A DNA stretch of 64,000 nt from contig CM000430.1 of the NCBI GenBank assembly GCA_000165345.1, forward strand, positions 352,001 to 416,000, read 5' to 3'. Under the pieces are notes generated by a model. It saw only the letters and a program-made list of their open reading frames with translations. It did not search any database and was not told where the DNA came from. Positions 8,387-20,500 of this stretch are shown piece by piece. The position numbers and the translations under genes were made by a program. Each line of letters begins with the position of its first letter. The stretch's first letter is position 1.

Positions 8387-10795
8387 ATGGGCGGATCAGA
8401 TTTCCCTATTGGGCCAAAACTTCGTATTAGACTGAAGGCAGAAAATTCTGAAACAGAAATTGGTCTTAAACACAAAAAAAGAAAAAAATATGTTTCATTT
8501 AATAACGGGGGCATTGAAGCTGCATCGGAAGATTCCAAAGTATCTCTTTTAATTGAGTGTAATCCGCCTTCTTTACGCAGAGTAGAATTCGCAGAAGTTT
8601 TGAACATTAAATTGAATCAGAACATTGATAATAAAGAAGATACAGTTGATCTAATGTCAGACGAATCGGTTGAAAATGAAGATACATTGGATTATCTTGA
8701 TAACCTTGAGATGGAGGCAAAACGAATAATTGAGAAAAACGGTTTGAAAAACAAATTTGATGGCCATATCTCAAAACAAACCGTAGAAAATAAAGACTTT
8801 AAAAATAATACCTTAAACTTATCTGATAACGATTTGCCTATTGTTGGCAATGTTGAATGCGATGAAGAAATCAAAACTAGCAATATCATTCAAGAAACTA
8901 GAAACCAAATAACTACAAATAACCGAGTTTCTTCCCCTATATATAGTAATTTATCACAAATAAACAACCAAAGTAGTCTTCCTCCACAGCCTATCCAGAT
9001 TGCCCCGAATGTTGTCCAGCAACCACTGAAAACATTTGCTAATTCTCTTTTACTTTCAAAAGAAAAATTTTCCACAAGGTCATTTACTCCATTGGATCCA
9101 AACTTGAACTCCAGGCTCCTATTAAAAGTTCAACTTCCAGAATCCATAAATCAACTATATTCTTTGGAAGGTATTACGCACGAAGACATAAAGCAAAACC
9201 CTGAAACCGATGAAACCGATGAAACTGACAAAAAAATACCAGTAGTGATTCCAACTTGTTCTGAGTGGTTTGATATGGATTCTGTACATCCTATTGAACT
9301 TGAGATGCTTTCTCCAATATTTAACAATGAGATGATTGATTTGAGGATCGATGAAAAACAGGATTACAAAGCAGAAATGAGTGGTAATGGTAATAGTAAC
9401 TTTTTAGAAGAAAAAGTGTCTTCACTAAATGATGAAAAAATTAATGAATATAAACTGATTCGGAATAAAATTATTGAAATATATAGGGAAACTCCTAGAC
9501 AATACCTCACTGTTACAGAATGTAGGAGACGTATTATATATACAGGAGATGTCTCCTTTTTACTTAAATTGCATGCTTATCTCGAATTTTGGGGTTTGAT
9601 AAATTTCCAAGCAGACATTAAGACGCTTCCCCCAAAATTAAGAAAACTTCGTGACTATAGACTTAATGATATAGATATCAAACGTTCTAACAATAAAAGC
9701 ACGCTAAACATTTCTCGTATAAATGATGAAGCAATAGATAACCCATTCATAAACTCAATGTTAGTGAATTGCGTTTCATGTGGAAAGTCGTGTATATATT
9801 CATATTATATTCTTAGAGCTGGTGTTGTTTGTGGAGTTTCAGTGGCAGTTTTAGATCGCTGTGTTTGGTGTATTAGGTGCTATTCAGAAGGGAGATATCC
9901 ACCTATTTTAAACTCTGGGCACTTTATTAAAGTGGATGCTCCTGTTGTATCATCACTGACCAATCCTGAAGAAATTCCCAGGATGGGAGCCTTAGGTATA
10001 GCCTCCTGGACTAAAGAGGAAGTGCAAAAGCTTATTGAAGGGATTGAATATTACGGTGATGATTGGGATGCCATATCTTACCATATTGGGAATGTTAAGA
10101 CGCCTCAAGAGTGTGTTGCGTACTTCATTCAACTGCCAATAGAGGAACCCTTCATGAGAAACATTAACCCATCAAAAAACACGAAGCCCTCATTTCCATT
10201 TATGGATGTGAGCAATCCTCTAATGACACAAATTGCATTAATAGCGTCAACAATAAACCCCGTGGTCGCTGCATCTGCCGCTAAATCTGCGTTAGATAGA
10301 ATATTAGAAATTGAGGGTTATAAAGAAATTTCTAAAGATGCTTCACTCATGCCCGATAAAGATGCTCATTTGGGAGACGAAGCTGCGGGAAGTTGTAATG
10401 CTAACGCCCATTTTGATTCTAAGGATGGCCAATATTTACCGCAATACATACCAAAAGTTTCTTCAGCGAAGTGGCCGAGCTCAGCACTACTGGGAGAAGA
10501 GGGAATTCAACAAGTTTGTTCAAAGGCACTAGAAAACGCTGCTCTTAGAGCAAAAGAACTTGCTGAATGGGAGAGAAATGAGGTTAAAAATATAATGCCC
10601 TACTTGATTGACAACACGATCAATCGATTAGAACTAAAACTGAGACAGTTTAGGCATTTGCAATCTATGATAGATGAAGAAAGAAATTTGTTGGAAGTAA
10701 GACTTGAAAAGATAAAGAAAGAGGACAATGAAATTAAATCTAAACTTAGTAATGCTAAGGGCCAAGTTATTTCGAAACAAACTTTAAGACTATAA
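8387..10795 (+). CDS. SWI3: SWI/SNF complex subunit SWI3/SMARCC-like (SWIRM + ZZ + SANT)
   Basis: SWIRM (IPTCSEWFDMDSVHPIELEMLSPIFNN), ZZ-type Cys cluster (CVSCGKS...CVWCIRCYSEGRYP), SANT (WTKEEVQKLIEGIEYYGDDWDAISYHIGNVKTPQECVAYFIQLPIEE), C-terminal coiled coil. Confidence 0.8.
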   Translation: MGGSDFPIGPKLRIRLKAENSETEIGLKHKKRKKYVSFNNGGIEAASEDSKVSLLIECNPPSLRRVEFAEVLNIKLNQNIDNKEDTVDLMSDESVENEDTLDYLDNLEMEAKRIIEKNGLKNKFDGHISKQTVENKDFKNNTLNLSDNDLPIVGNVECDEEIKTSNIIQETRNQITTNNRVSSPIYSNLSQINNQSSLPPQPIQIAPNVVQQPLKTFANSLLLSKEKFSTRSFTPLDPNLNSRLLLKVQLPESINQLYSLEGITHEDIKQNPETDETDETDKKIPVVIPTCSEWFDMDSVHPIELEMLSPIFNNEMIDLRIDEKQDYKAEMSGNGNSNFLEEKVSSLNDEKINEYKLIRNKIIEIYRETPRQYLTVTECRRRIIYTGDVSFLLKLHAYLEFWGLINFQADIKTLPPKLRKLRDYRLNDIDIKRSNNKSTLNISRINDEAIDNPFINSMLVNCVSCGKSCIYSYYILRAGVVCGVSVAVLDRCVWCIRCYSEGRYPPILNSGHFIKVDAPVVSSLTNPEEIPRMGALGIASWTKEEVQKLIEGIEYYGDDWDAISYHIGNVKTPQECVAYFIQLPIEEPFMRNINPSKNTKPSFPFMDVSNPLMTQIALIASTINPVVAASAAKSALDRILEIEGYKEISKDASLMPDKDAHLGDEAAGSCNANAHFDSKDGQYLPQYIPKVSSAKWPSSALLGEEGIQQVCSKALENAALRAKELAEWERNEVKNIMPYLIDNTINRLELKLRQFRHLQSMIDEERNLLEVRLEKIKKEDNEIKSKLSNAKGQVISKQTLRL

Positions 10796-10903
10796 AAATA
10801 AATTAATATAATACTCTTGTTCCCCACCGGATCTGTTTGTATTGGGTTTGATAGTTTCAGAATATTTGTATTTGACCATTGTTTGGTGGTCGGCCTCTGT
10901 GAA

Positions 10904-10988
10904 GCGTAGATGCCCGAGTCGGTCTAAGGGGCCAGACTTAAGATCTGGTGTACACATGTACTCCAGGGTTCGAATCCCTGTCTACGCA
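10904..10988 (+). tRNA. tRNA-Leu (anticodon UAA), class II with long variable arm
   Basis: Acceptor GCGTAGA/TCTACGC. Anticodon stem-loop CCAGA-CTTAAGA-TCTGG. Variable arm GTACACATGTACTCC. T-arm CAGGG-TTCGAAT-CCCTG. Discriminator A. Followed by a TTTTTT Pol III terminator. Confidence 0.85.
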
Positions 10989-11058
10989 TTTTTTCGGAAA
11001 GCCTAATTTTACCTTTCCCGCATAGAATAGTTAAAGTTGTCTAAGGTGGATAAATGAT

Positions 11059-12507
11059 CTAAATAGCGTTTCTAAATGTTCTCGTTAAAGGAGAGTAAAA
11101 ATCCTTATTACTTTTGTAATGTGGGAGTTTTTGTGCATTTCCTTTATTAAATGCAGCATTGCCTATTTTATCCTTGCCTTTAAGATTCGAGTATTTTTCC
11201 AAAGTTGGAAAATCAGAATCTGTGGCTCTCGCTGAATTTTGACTGTTTTTCTCTATATTTGAACAGCTATTTGCATGATTCAAATTTATCATTTCATAAC
11301 CTGTTGAACTGTGGTTTATCTCGTCATAAAGCAAATTAATATAATTCATATCTTTGATTGTTTTTCTCTTATTTACTCTTTTTTCTAATTCAGCATTAAA
11401 TATTTCTTTTGTTTTCGTTGAAATATACGGTAATACATTTATGCCTACAATATAAACCTTAGATCCCATAGGAATATGACTCAAAAACTTATATTTTCTG
11501 ATATTTTGATGATTTATAATAAACTCTTTTATTGATGTAACTGAAACATTTAATAGTGCCTTAGGTAAATTTTCGATTGAACCAAATTCAGTCTGAAGCA
11601 CTTTAACATAAAACGGCTCCAAGTACACTAATTGGCCATCAAATGACTGGTAGAAATAAAATATATCTTTCATATTATATTGATTGCTATAATTAGCTGA
11701 AGAGTTAATGAATCTATATTCTAGTTCTTCTAAAAGTTCAGTTTCTCCGTAATGTGATAATAGCATATCAAAAGCATCGTTTGAAAATCTTTCGCATCTG
11801 GGAGTAACTCCTTTTAATTTAAATATATTTTCTATTATTGAGATACATTCTTCAATGTAGCCAATTTCTTCGTCTGAGCCGCTTCTCTCATTCTCTAGCT
11901 TTCTCATTCTTAGCATTTGAAGATCATGTAATAATATTTCATTTTGGTCGGAAATTAATCCGATTCTTTGGAACTGAGCACCCTTTTCGTTTTTTTCCAG
12001 CAAAACTTTCCCATCTGAACTTTTCATATTGAGTTCAAAATGAATAAGCGGACTTGAAACATTTCTGTAAAGAAGGCATAGATTAATTTCTGAGCCTATT
12101 TGGACTTTTTTAACTATTTGATATCTTAATGAAACAAGCTCATTTAGCAATACATTCGAGAAACATATTGGGCATTTAAATTTTTTCGCATATTCATCGT
12201 TTTCTAAAATAATATTCATAAGTTTTATTATGCAAGGCCAACAATATATGTGTCCACAATTTGATATTTTTGGAACCAGCAAGTCTGAATCAAGGCAGAT
12301 TGGGCATTTAATAAATTCGTCACTATCAAAGTATATTAATTCAATTAACCCTACATTTCTCCAATCAAATATCATTTTATCATGTGAGAACACTGAGGTA
12401 TTTCTATTTATATTGGAATCTTTCAACAAAAATATTCTGCAATTTTGCTGAACAAACTTGAATTTACTTGAAATGGAAAGTGGTCCCTTCTTAGAAATTA
12501 AACTCAT
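11059..12507 (-). CDS. RING finger E3, RNF10/Mag2-like
   Basis: RING CPICLDSDLLVPKISNCGHIYCWPCIIKLM...CPICF matches the RNF10 RING arrangement. The ORF-track start 12537 is a TTG, so the real ATG is at 12507 (MSLISKK). Confidence 0.65.
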   Translation of the reverse strand: MSLISKKGPLSISSKFKFVQQNCRIFLLKDSNINRNTSVFSHDKMIFDWRNVGLIELIYFDSDEFIKCPICLDSDLLVPKISNCGHIYCWPCIIKLMNIILENDEYAKKFKCPICFSNVLLNELVSLRYQIVKKVQIGSEINLCLLYRNVSSPLIHFELNMKSSDGKVLLEKNEKGAQFQRIGLISDQNEILLHDLQMLRMRKLENERSGSDEEIGYIEECISIIENIFKLKGVTPRCERFSNDAFDMLLSHYGETELLEELEYRFINSSANYSNQYNMKDIFYFYQSFDGQLVYLEPFYVKVLQTEFGSIENLPKALLNVSVTSIKEFIINHQNIRKYKFLSHIPMGSKVYIVGINVLPYISTKTKEIFNAELEKRVNKRKTIKDMNYINLLYDEINHSSTGYEMINLNHANSCSNIEKNSQNSARATDSDFPTLEKYSNLKGKDKIGNAAFNKGNAQKLPHYKSNKDFYSPLTRTFRNAI

Positions 12508-12637
12508 ATTGTAAAAAAATATCTGTCTATTGATCAAAAAACCTCCTCATTCTTTATTTAAATACACGACTAAATTATTGTGATAATTAATTTCCTAAAC
12601 AAGTAATCTTTGATTTTCTTTTGTTTTGCATTGTTAC

Positions 12638-12645
12638 TTTGGCGG
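12638..12645. promoter_or_regulatory. E2F-like TTTGGCGG box in the RNF10/ArfGAP divergent promoter
   Basis: Isolated GC motif in AT-rich intergenic DNA. Confidence 0.3.
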
Positions 12646-12744
12646 TTTAGGAATATTACACCTTTTTTTCAATAAATCTTTATTTATACTCGAGAATCTG
12701 TACATATGTAAATTTGATAAATATAAAAGCATTGCCTTTCCAGA

Positions 12745-13752
12745 ATGATGAATACCAATGGGTTAAGACAAAATAGTCTTGTTCAAGGAAAAAAAGAGAA
12801 TCTATCTGATATATTGGGTTCTATTAATGGGAATAAAGTTTGTGCCGATTGCGGTGCTAAAACACCTAGATGGGCATCCATAAATCTTGGAATTCTAATA
12901 TGTATTGATTGTAGTGGGGTGCATCGTCATCTCGGTGTTCATATATCAAAGGTTAAGAGCATTTCTTTAGATAAGTGGAATAGTGATTGGATAAAAAGAT
13001 GTATGAAAATAGGCAACTATATTTCGAATAAGTACTATGAACATAAGCTTCCCACTGGGTTTCAACGCCCAAGCTGGAGTAGCCAGCAACACTCTATTGT
13101 GGAGCAATGGATTAGGGATAAATATGAATTTAAACTATATACCCCAGATAATATGATTCCGCCTTCATTACAAATTGATAGCATGGAAACTACAGTACCT
13201 AACGAAAAAACGGTATTGAAAAATTTTGAAGATTTTAATAAACCTCAAAAATATAATAATATGGTCTCCAGTAATTTGTTAGAAATCGAATTAGAAAGCA
13301 AAGAATCATCAAGCAAGGTTGAAAAAATTATTGATCTAAAGTCCAATCAATTGGGAAGCGAAACTGCAAACTCGAGTTTGAAAAACAAGCACAACCTTGA
13401 AAATCAAGCTGAGAGAGCGCTTGAAAGAGTTAGTTCATTTGAAAATTCTGAAGTAATAAAAATCAAAACTGTAAAAGAAGCTATTGAGAAGATGTATGAA
13501 AATAGCGTTGAATCGCCGCCTTCACTAAATAACTTTAATAAAGTATTAAATACAAGTATAGGAAGCATTGAGAAATCCACAAGTTCTGAAAAAATTAGAA
13601 AGATTGGTTTTGATCTAAGTGATAAATTGTCTAAAACTGAATTCAAAATTGAAGAAAATAAGAGTCAATGTATTGTTGAAAACTCTAAAAAGCCATGCCC
13701 CTTCAGTTCTATTGACGCATTTTCCATTATTAAAGAATCATTTTCTAGGTAA
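12745..13752 (+). CDS. ArfGAP-domain protein (SMAP/AGE2-like)
   Basis: ArfGAP zinc finger [46 protein letters not shown]. Confidence 0.8.
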   Translation: MMNTNGLRQNSLVQGKKENLSDILGSINGNKVCADCGAKTPRWASINLGILICIDCSGVHRHLGVHISKVKSISLDKWNSDWIKRCMKIGNYISNKYYEHKLPTGFQRPSWSSQQHSIVEQWIRDKYEFKLYTPDNMIPPSLQIDSMETTVPNEKTVLKNFEDFNKPQKYNNMVSSNLLEIELESKESSSKVEKIIDLKSNQLGSETANSSLKNKHNLENQAERALERVSSFENSEVIKIKTVKEAIEKMYENSVESPPSLNNFNKVLNTSIGSIEKSTSSEKIRKIGFDLSDKLSKTEFKIEENKSQCIVENSKKPCPFSSIDAFSIIKESFSR

Positions 13753-13894
13753 TTTAGTTATTAATTTTTGTTGATTTAATATTTACCTTTAAATTTGCTC
13801 CTAGTTAATGCGTTTTTTTATTGCTACTGAACCCCATATTTTTTCGCCGCTGAACTCGATTCAGTTTAAAATAAGTCGATATTTTCTGGAAGTT

Positions 13895-15085
13895 ATGAAA
13901 GCAATAATTTTGTCAGGTGGTTATGGCTCTAGGCTCCGTCCATTAACGCTTACAAAACCCAAATCAATTGTTGAGCTATGTAACATCCCAATCATAGAAT
14001 TCCAGATTGCACAATTTGCTAGTATTGGGATAACAGAAATAATTGTAGCACTTAATTACAAGGCCAATGAACTCATTCCCACACTAAAAATAATTGAAGA
14101 TAGATATGCTGTAAAAGTTCATTTGAGTATTGAGGAAAAGCCATTGGGTACTGCAGGACCAATTAAATTAGCACAAGACTTTCTAAAAGAAGACGAACCT
14201 TTTTTTGTTTGTAATTCAGATATAATATGTAATTTTCCATTAAGAGAAATGCTTGATCTTTATCACAAGAAAAACTCTGACTCGGAATGTAATGGCGTTA
14301 TTCTTATAAAGCAAGTCTCTGATCCTTCAAAATTTGGAGTAGTTTTGCATGATGAAAATACGCTCATCGTAGAAAAATTTATTGAAAAACCTAAGGATTT
14401 TGTTGGTGATTTCATTAATGCAGGAATTTATATTTTGTCAAAAAGAATACTTGATCTGATTAAACCTAATCAACAAGTTTCAATTGAAAAGGATGTATTC
14501 CCTATCATGGCATCATCAAATACACTTTATTGCAATAAGTTCTTCACAAACAATGACAATATATGGGCAGATATAGGAAATCCAAAAGACTTCTTATTAG
14601 GAAGTAAGTTATTTATGGAATTCCTTAAATCAAATTCAATAACAGGGCATTTGTGCAATGATAAGCATAGTTCTAAGACAGAATTGCTTAGAAAGCTCCT
14701 AAATGAAAATAAACTCGAATTATCTTTCGAAACACCAGAACTTAGAATAATAGGAAATGTGATTGTTCATCCCACATCCTCAATAGGAAAGGATTGTAGT
14801 ATTGGTCCTAATGTTGTTATCGGGAAAAATTGTAAAATTGGAGATGGAGTAAGGTTAAAGGATTGCGTGATATTTGACAATACAAATATTAACAGTTATT
14901 CAATTATTTCCGGCTCAATTATTGGGTGTTATTGCAATATTGGGAAGTGGACACGCATAGACGGATTGTCTGTATTTGGCGATGATGTAAATATTCAGGA
15001 CGAGTTGTTTATCAACTCATCGACGATATTGCCCAACAAAAGTGTGACTACATCTATTAATACTCCAAACACAATTTGTTTATGA
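13895..15085 (+). CDS. GMPP: mannose-1-phosphate guanylyltransferase (GDP-mannose pyrophosphorylase)
   Basis: MKAIILSGGYGSRLRPLTLTKPK nucleotidyltransferase N-terminus plus C-terminal left-handed beta-helix hexapeptide repeats. Start moved to the internal ATG at 13895 to match homologues. Confidence 0.85.
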   Translation: MKAIILSGGYGSRLRPLTLTKPKSIVELCNIPIIEFQIAQFASIGITEIIVALNYKANELIPTLKIIEDRYAVKVHLSIEEKPLGTAGPIKLAQDFLKEDEPFFVCNSDIICNFPLREMLDLYHKKNSDSECNGVILIKQVSDPSKFGVVLHDENTLIVEKFIEKPKDFVGDFINAGIYILSKRILDLIKPNQQVSIEKDVFPIMASSNTLYCNKFFTNNDNIWADIGNPKDFLLGSKLFMEFLKSNSITGHLCNDKHSSKTELLRKLLNENKLELSFETPELRIIGNVIVHPTSSIGKDCSIGPNVVIGKNCKIGDGVRLKDCVIFDNTNINSYSIISGSIIGCYCNIGKWTRIDGLSVFGDDVNIQDELFINSSTILPNKSVTTSINTPNTICL

Positions 15086-15298
15086 TATGACATTTTTGCT
15101 ATTAGATTATTAATTTGCATAGTTGCGTATTAATTCATTATTGATGTATAACAATCCCCACATTAATTCTTTATTGTTTACATGGTACTTGTCTCAAATG
15201 CGGCAAGCATAGGATTTCATTTAATTGTTTATTTGAGGGACATTCTAGTTTACAACAAATACTTTTTTCGGATATATGAATAAAAAGACTGATGAAAC

Positions 15299-16615
15299 AT
15301 GATTTTGCTTTATGTTCTGTCTTTTTTGTTTTCTACGTTCGTTAGCTTTCCCTGTGCTTCATCGAAAGTCATACTGGATCCTTTGCAGCATGATGTCCAG
15401 ATACTAACAGCACCAAATTTCGAAAGCTTGTTGTCAAAGTACCGCAAAAGTGGTGTTACTTCTGTCTTCTTCTATAATGGTGATGATAAGGTAGCTGTGA
15501 GCGAGCTTCTAGGATGGTATAATGATGCAGCAAGAGAATTGAAGGGTATGGCTAAGGTTGCAGCAATTAATTGCAAAGAATTTAAACAATTTTGCAGCAA
15601 AATAGGTAATAGTGGTAAAATAATCATTTATCCAGTTATCCCCATTCCAACATTTGAATTTAATGGTGAAAAAAGCGTAAGGAACCTTAAGAACCAACTT
15701 TTGAGATACATTCCCAGAGATAACGTTTCAGTGATTGGAGTTCCAAATCAAGAAAGCTCTAAAGTTATCAAAATTGAGGACTTCCTCACAAGACACATTT
15801 CTGTTCCAAAAGTACTCGTTTTTAGCGAAAAGGAAATACCTCCAACAATTATTCACTCTCTTGCAAACGAGTTCAATAAAAAGCTTTTGTTCGGTTTCAT
15901 TCCAAACTGTAAGAAGAACGATGTCTCGATAGGAATTACAAAAAAATTTCAAATTTCGAGCTTCCCAACTATTATGGTATATAAAACAGCCTCGAAGCTA
16001 CCGGAATTCTATAAGGGCGAAATTAAATTCTTGCCACTGTTTGAATTCTTGAATGTATATGCAGAAACATTCGTAATGGGGGGAGGATTTTCAGATAACG
16101 AATCTCAAGATTCGGGTTCAAAACCATGGCTGTTGCAACGAATTCCTGAACTAACAGGACTTTCATATAATGATGTATGTGGAAAACACAAGAATTTATG
16201 TTTCATCTACTTAAAGAATGGCGAAATCTCTTTGGAGGAGCAGTCTATGCTGGAAGAACTCCAAGATTTGTTTACTCCTCATATTGCAGGTAGAGGTACC
16301 AATTTTAAATGGATGTGGATGGACATTTCAATGGAAGATGAATTCATGAAACTTTTTAATGATGATGGGAACAAAATTGCTCTTCCATCTGCTGTGGTTC
16401 TGGGCACTAGTAAAAGACTAAAATTCACAGTCCTCCCAAGAAATATCGAAGGAGAACTACAGACTGCAAATAAAGACACAATTAAAGACTTTCTAGATAA
16501 GGTGATCGGTGGTGATGCTAGATTTACCAATATTAAAGGGCAAAAACTACCTAAGTTTATCGAAAGGGTGCAGAATAAGAATACGAAATTGGAGAAAAGT
16601 AGAGACGAACTATAG
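15299..16615 (+). CDS. ER-resident thioredoxin-fold (PDI-like) protein with C-terminal RDEL
   Basis: Signal peptide MILLYVLSFLFSTFVSFPCASS, thioredoxin-like region, no clear CXXC, C-terminal ...SRDEL retrieval motif. Confidence 0.5.
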   Translation: MILLYVLSFLFSTFVSFPCASSKVILDPLQHDVQILTAPNFESLLSKYRKSGVTSVFFYNGDDKVAVSELLGWYNDAARELKGMAKVAAINCKEFKQFCSKIGNSGKIIIYPVIPIPTFEFNGEKSVRNLKNQLLRYIPRDNVSVIGVPNQESSKVIKIEDFLTRHISVPKVLVFSEKEIPPTIIHSLANEFNKKLLFGFIPNCKKNDVSIGITKKFQISSFPTIMVYKTASKLPEFYKGEIKFLPLFEFLNVYAETFVMGGGFSDNESQDSGSKPWLLQRIPELTGLSYNDVCGKHKNLCFIYLKNGEISLEEQSMLEELQDLFTPHIAGRGTNFKWMWMDISMEDEFMKLFNDDGNKIALPSAVVLGTSKRLKFTVLPRNIEGELQTANKDTIKDFLDKVIGGDARFTNIKGQKLPKFIERVQNKNTKLEKSRDEL

Positions 16616-17570
16616 GTTTTATAGATTATTAATTTTAGTCTCAATTTTGATTTTTTTAATTTATTCATTCTTGAGCGAATTTGATTCAGAAGTCACTTGC
16701 ATTAGGGAATGAAACAATTAAATTATTTGTCACTTCTATTTCTCGCATAACGGTATATTTAGGTTTGAACGTCATTTTACATAATATTTCGATAAGCTCA
16801 ATTATTCTATTTTTTAAATTAATGATTTGCGTCGTAAATGAATTGAGTTTGAGAGCAAAGTATAATTGCCTCCAAAGCAATTTTGACGTATTTCATTAGT
16901 ATTTAAAAATATTTTTATGGAATAATGAAAAAAAATTACATTTCTTCTTTTTATAATCTAATATTTTGTTACTTTTACATAATTTTTGGCAGCAAGCGAT
17001 ACAATAGAAATATTGAATTGCTAGAGTTATTAACTGTCGATTTAATTACTTCAAATGAAGTAAAAATCATGAATTAAATATTTCTAAATTCTTAATATTG
17101 AATGATTGATTTTTTTACAATGTTTGAATACTTTTAGAAAATTAAATAGATGAATAGTTCATCATATTGCTCATTATTTAGATATATATTTCATCTATCT
17201 GATAATTTCTTTAAAAATAATTGATTAAAGTTGTGGTTCCTATATTTAACAATTAATTTTAAATTACAATATGAAGTTATTTCAATGTTAAGATTTATCT
17301 AATTTATAATAATCATCATTAATCAATAAATCAATTTCATATTAAATTTATTTGTAATTATTACATGTCCTATTTAATAAAGAGAAATAAAAAATCATGT
17401 TGATAATGCCAGTACAAGGCTGGGCAATCATGAAGTTAATATCAAAAAAAATATATATATATAGCTTATCATTTAGAAGCATTTAGTAAGTAAATTATAA
17501 AAAGTTGCAATTAAAGGAAAGTATCTAAACTGTTCAAAAGATATATCAACGACAAAAACAAATGTAACAA

Positions 17571-20500
17571 TTAGTTTGTTGCAATAAAATTCTTGATTGC
17601 TTTGCAAATAAATATATAATCACTATTTTCAATTTTTTTGAAGAAATATTCAGTTTTTTCAATAATTTGATCGATGCCAACCCACTTAAATAAGTTACAG
17701 TAGTTAGCTGATAAAATCCACAAAATTGAAATGATTGAAAATTTAAGCAATCTTTCTAAACAATCATTTTTTAAACCTCGTTCATCAGTAATATATTCTT
17801 CAAAAATATACTCAACTATCGAATAAAGAAGTAATGTTTTACTCTTCTCAAGTTCTAGATTATTTTCTTTATAATTGAAGTATACATAAGCTTTCCAAAT
17901 ATGCAAAACCATCAAAATAGGGCATTTCAAAGTCTCTAATGGAATAATCTGTTCAATTTTGCAAACAGACAAATTTGATTTTTTTATTTTCGAAACAATT
18001 GTACAATAAATCAAACTAATATTGGGTTCTTCCAAATAAAAGTAATTCATTTCTAGCTTAGGTGTAAACGCTATGTAGTTGCATATCTGATTTTTTATAC
18101 ATTCAGGAAAACCATATAAAGCGTTTAAAGTAGAATTCATTTGAATTGGTACTGCAATTAGATGCATTTTAATTGTTTTAGAAATAACACAATTAAAAAA
18201 TAGCGAAATATTTGATAATTCAACTTCAGAGTTTGCAAATTGATTTAAATAATTAATTAAAGGTGTAAACCACATTTTTAAGAAAACTTGGTAGAAATAT
18301 TTTTCTTCTTTGTCTTTTGGAAAAAAAATGTATGATTTAGATAAATCAATGAAGCATTCAGAAAGTAAATTAAATAATTGGAATTTGGTAGATAGTTTAC
18401 AATTACAACTATTGATAATTGTTGCAATTATACTTATCTTATCCTCCAAAGATAAACTTGAATGATTAGGTTGAGTAATGAGAGTTTTAATTATAAAGAA
18501 GGAATAAAGCAAATTAGTTCCATTTTTCATGAAAATAAGTACTTGATCAATAATTGAAAACAAAAATTTCTTCGGTAAATAAGGCCAAAATGGCAATGTG
18601 GAAATAATTGATTTTTGATTATAAATTGGCAGAGTTGTTATTATACTTTGTATATTTGTTTGTTTCATATTTATAAAAAATGGCATAATACTCTTACAGA
18701 TGTTGGTTGATAGAGAATTATCCTCAAGTTGAGTTGGCATTCTATTCATTAAATAATCTTCTAATATTAATAATAAATTACATATTAAACTTGTGGGACA
18801 TTCTTTTTCTTCACCAACAGCATTATAATACAAAAAAAAGATAAGTTTTGGTATATTTGAAATCCAATACTTTGCTAATATTATGTCATTTTTTAACGGA
18901 TTAGTAATACTTTTTAAATTTAATCTTTCATTGGTAGAAACCAAAATATGTTCAATAGGGCTCCAAATTGAGAAATTTTGATCGAAGTAATATTTTTGTA
19001 TATATCCAATATTGCTCAAAATTAAAGGAAGAAACATTAATATTTTTAGTGCCATGATAGTCAGATTGCCATTTTCATTAACTATATTTGTCGTGCTATT
19101 TACTGTATGAATTAGCAATAAGTGGAATACTTCTTTGGCAGAAAGAAGGTCTTTGTTATTAAACTCAAAAAGAATATAACTAAGCTCTTGATCAAAAAAT
19201 TCGTTATATTTTATATTCTTAGTATCAAATTCATATGTATTAAGAAGACTTAATGAATCATTTAAATCAAGCAACATCGAGAGTGAGTAAAAGGTAACGT
19301 ATTTGTTGGGAGTTAACAATTTTCTTAATACGTTACGATTTAATGAGCTCACGTACATCATTTCCACTCCTTCTAAAAATATGAATTCGAAAAGTTCTGA
19401 ATGATTAATATCGAATAGAAGTTCGTTTTCATTCCTGCTTCGTGTTTTGAAATATTTTTGTATAAAAATATAATCTTGAATAATTTTGTTCATATCGTTT
19501 TTAGAGTTATCTCTCTGTATAAATTGTGGAAGGAAATAAATCCTTAATAATAATAATTTTTCGATGTGAAAAATTGATGAATTTGATTGATCTGAATGGC
19601 TGGAAGTTGAATCATCCTTTAATTCCAGTTGGATTTTTCGAACAGAATTGCAAATCTTATTCAATTCTTTATTCTGAATAATGAAGCCTTGCCCATATTT
19701 ATTTATATTATAAATTGTATCTAATATTAAAGATGTTAGAAAAGAAAGTATATATTCTCGATCATTTAAAACGAAGGTAGGAATATTAGGTATTAATGAT
19801 CTTTTTATTCGTATTGAAGAGTTGTTTTCATGTTTAAATTTTTTTTGGTTTTTAAACAAATTCATTCCACAAAGTGAAATTTGATCATTAAGTTTTTGTT
19901 CCCTTTTAGAGATTATTTCAAATGAAATGTGAATCAAAGAATCGTAAAGCTGCGATATTGAGCTTCTCAATTCAGAATTACTAACCCCGTTAAATTCGTA
20001 GTCATTTAATTTTTTCAACTTGATAAGAATTTGATTAATAATTTCTCGAATTGTAGCAGTTATTATGAACAAACTATCCAATGCATTATAAAAATTTGCC
20101 GACTGAGCTATCCTGCAGACTAACGGAGACCAACCAAGGAGATAATGTAAAGTAATAATTTTTTCCCTGTGTTTTCCAAATTCAATTAATAAATACTCAT
20201 TTAAAAAAGTTAATCCATCAATTCTAACTTCGTTCCTAATATGTGAGAGAGTATTTTTAATTTGCATAAAAATTATCTTTGAAAATGGTGTAATAACACC
20301 ATTACTTTTCGATTTGAGTAATTCCAATGTCATAGCATATATAGTTTTACGTACATGCATGTCACTATCAATCCAACAGCTTGAGGTTATATTCAAAACA
20401 CGGTCAATATTTTCATAAATAATTTTTGGATAATTCTTAGTAATTTCAAGCAAACTATCTGCTGATATTCTTCTAATGTTGTCATTTTGTTGGAAAATTG

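Noticed and set aside
12508-12537. ORF-track N-terminal extensions of RNF10 (12537), the secreted protein (27945), the TBC protein (29294), the coiled-coil protein (36314) and paralog A (57906)
   Set aside because: These 'starts' are TTG or GTG codons. The first in-frame ATG (12507, 27939, 29336) or an upstream spliced exon (36179, 58155) gives a sensible N-terminus instead.
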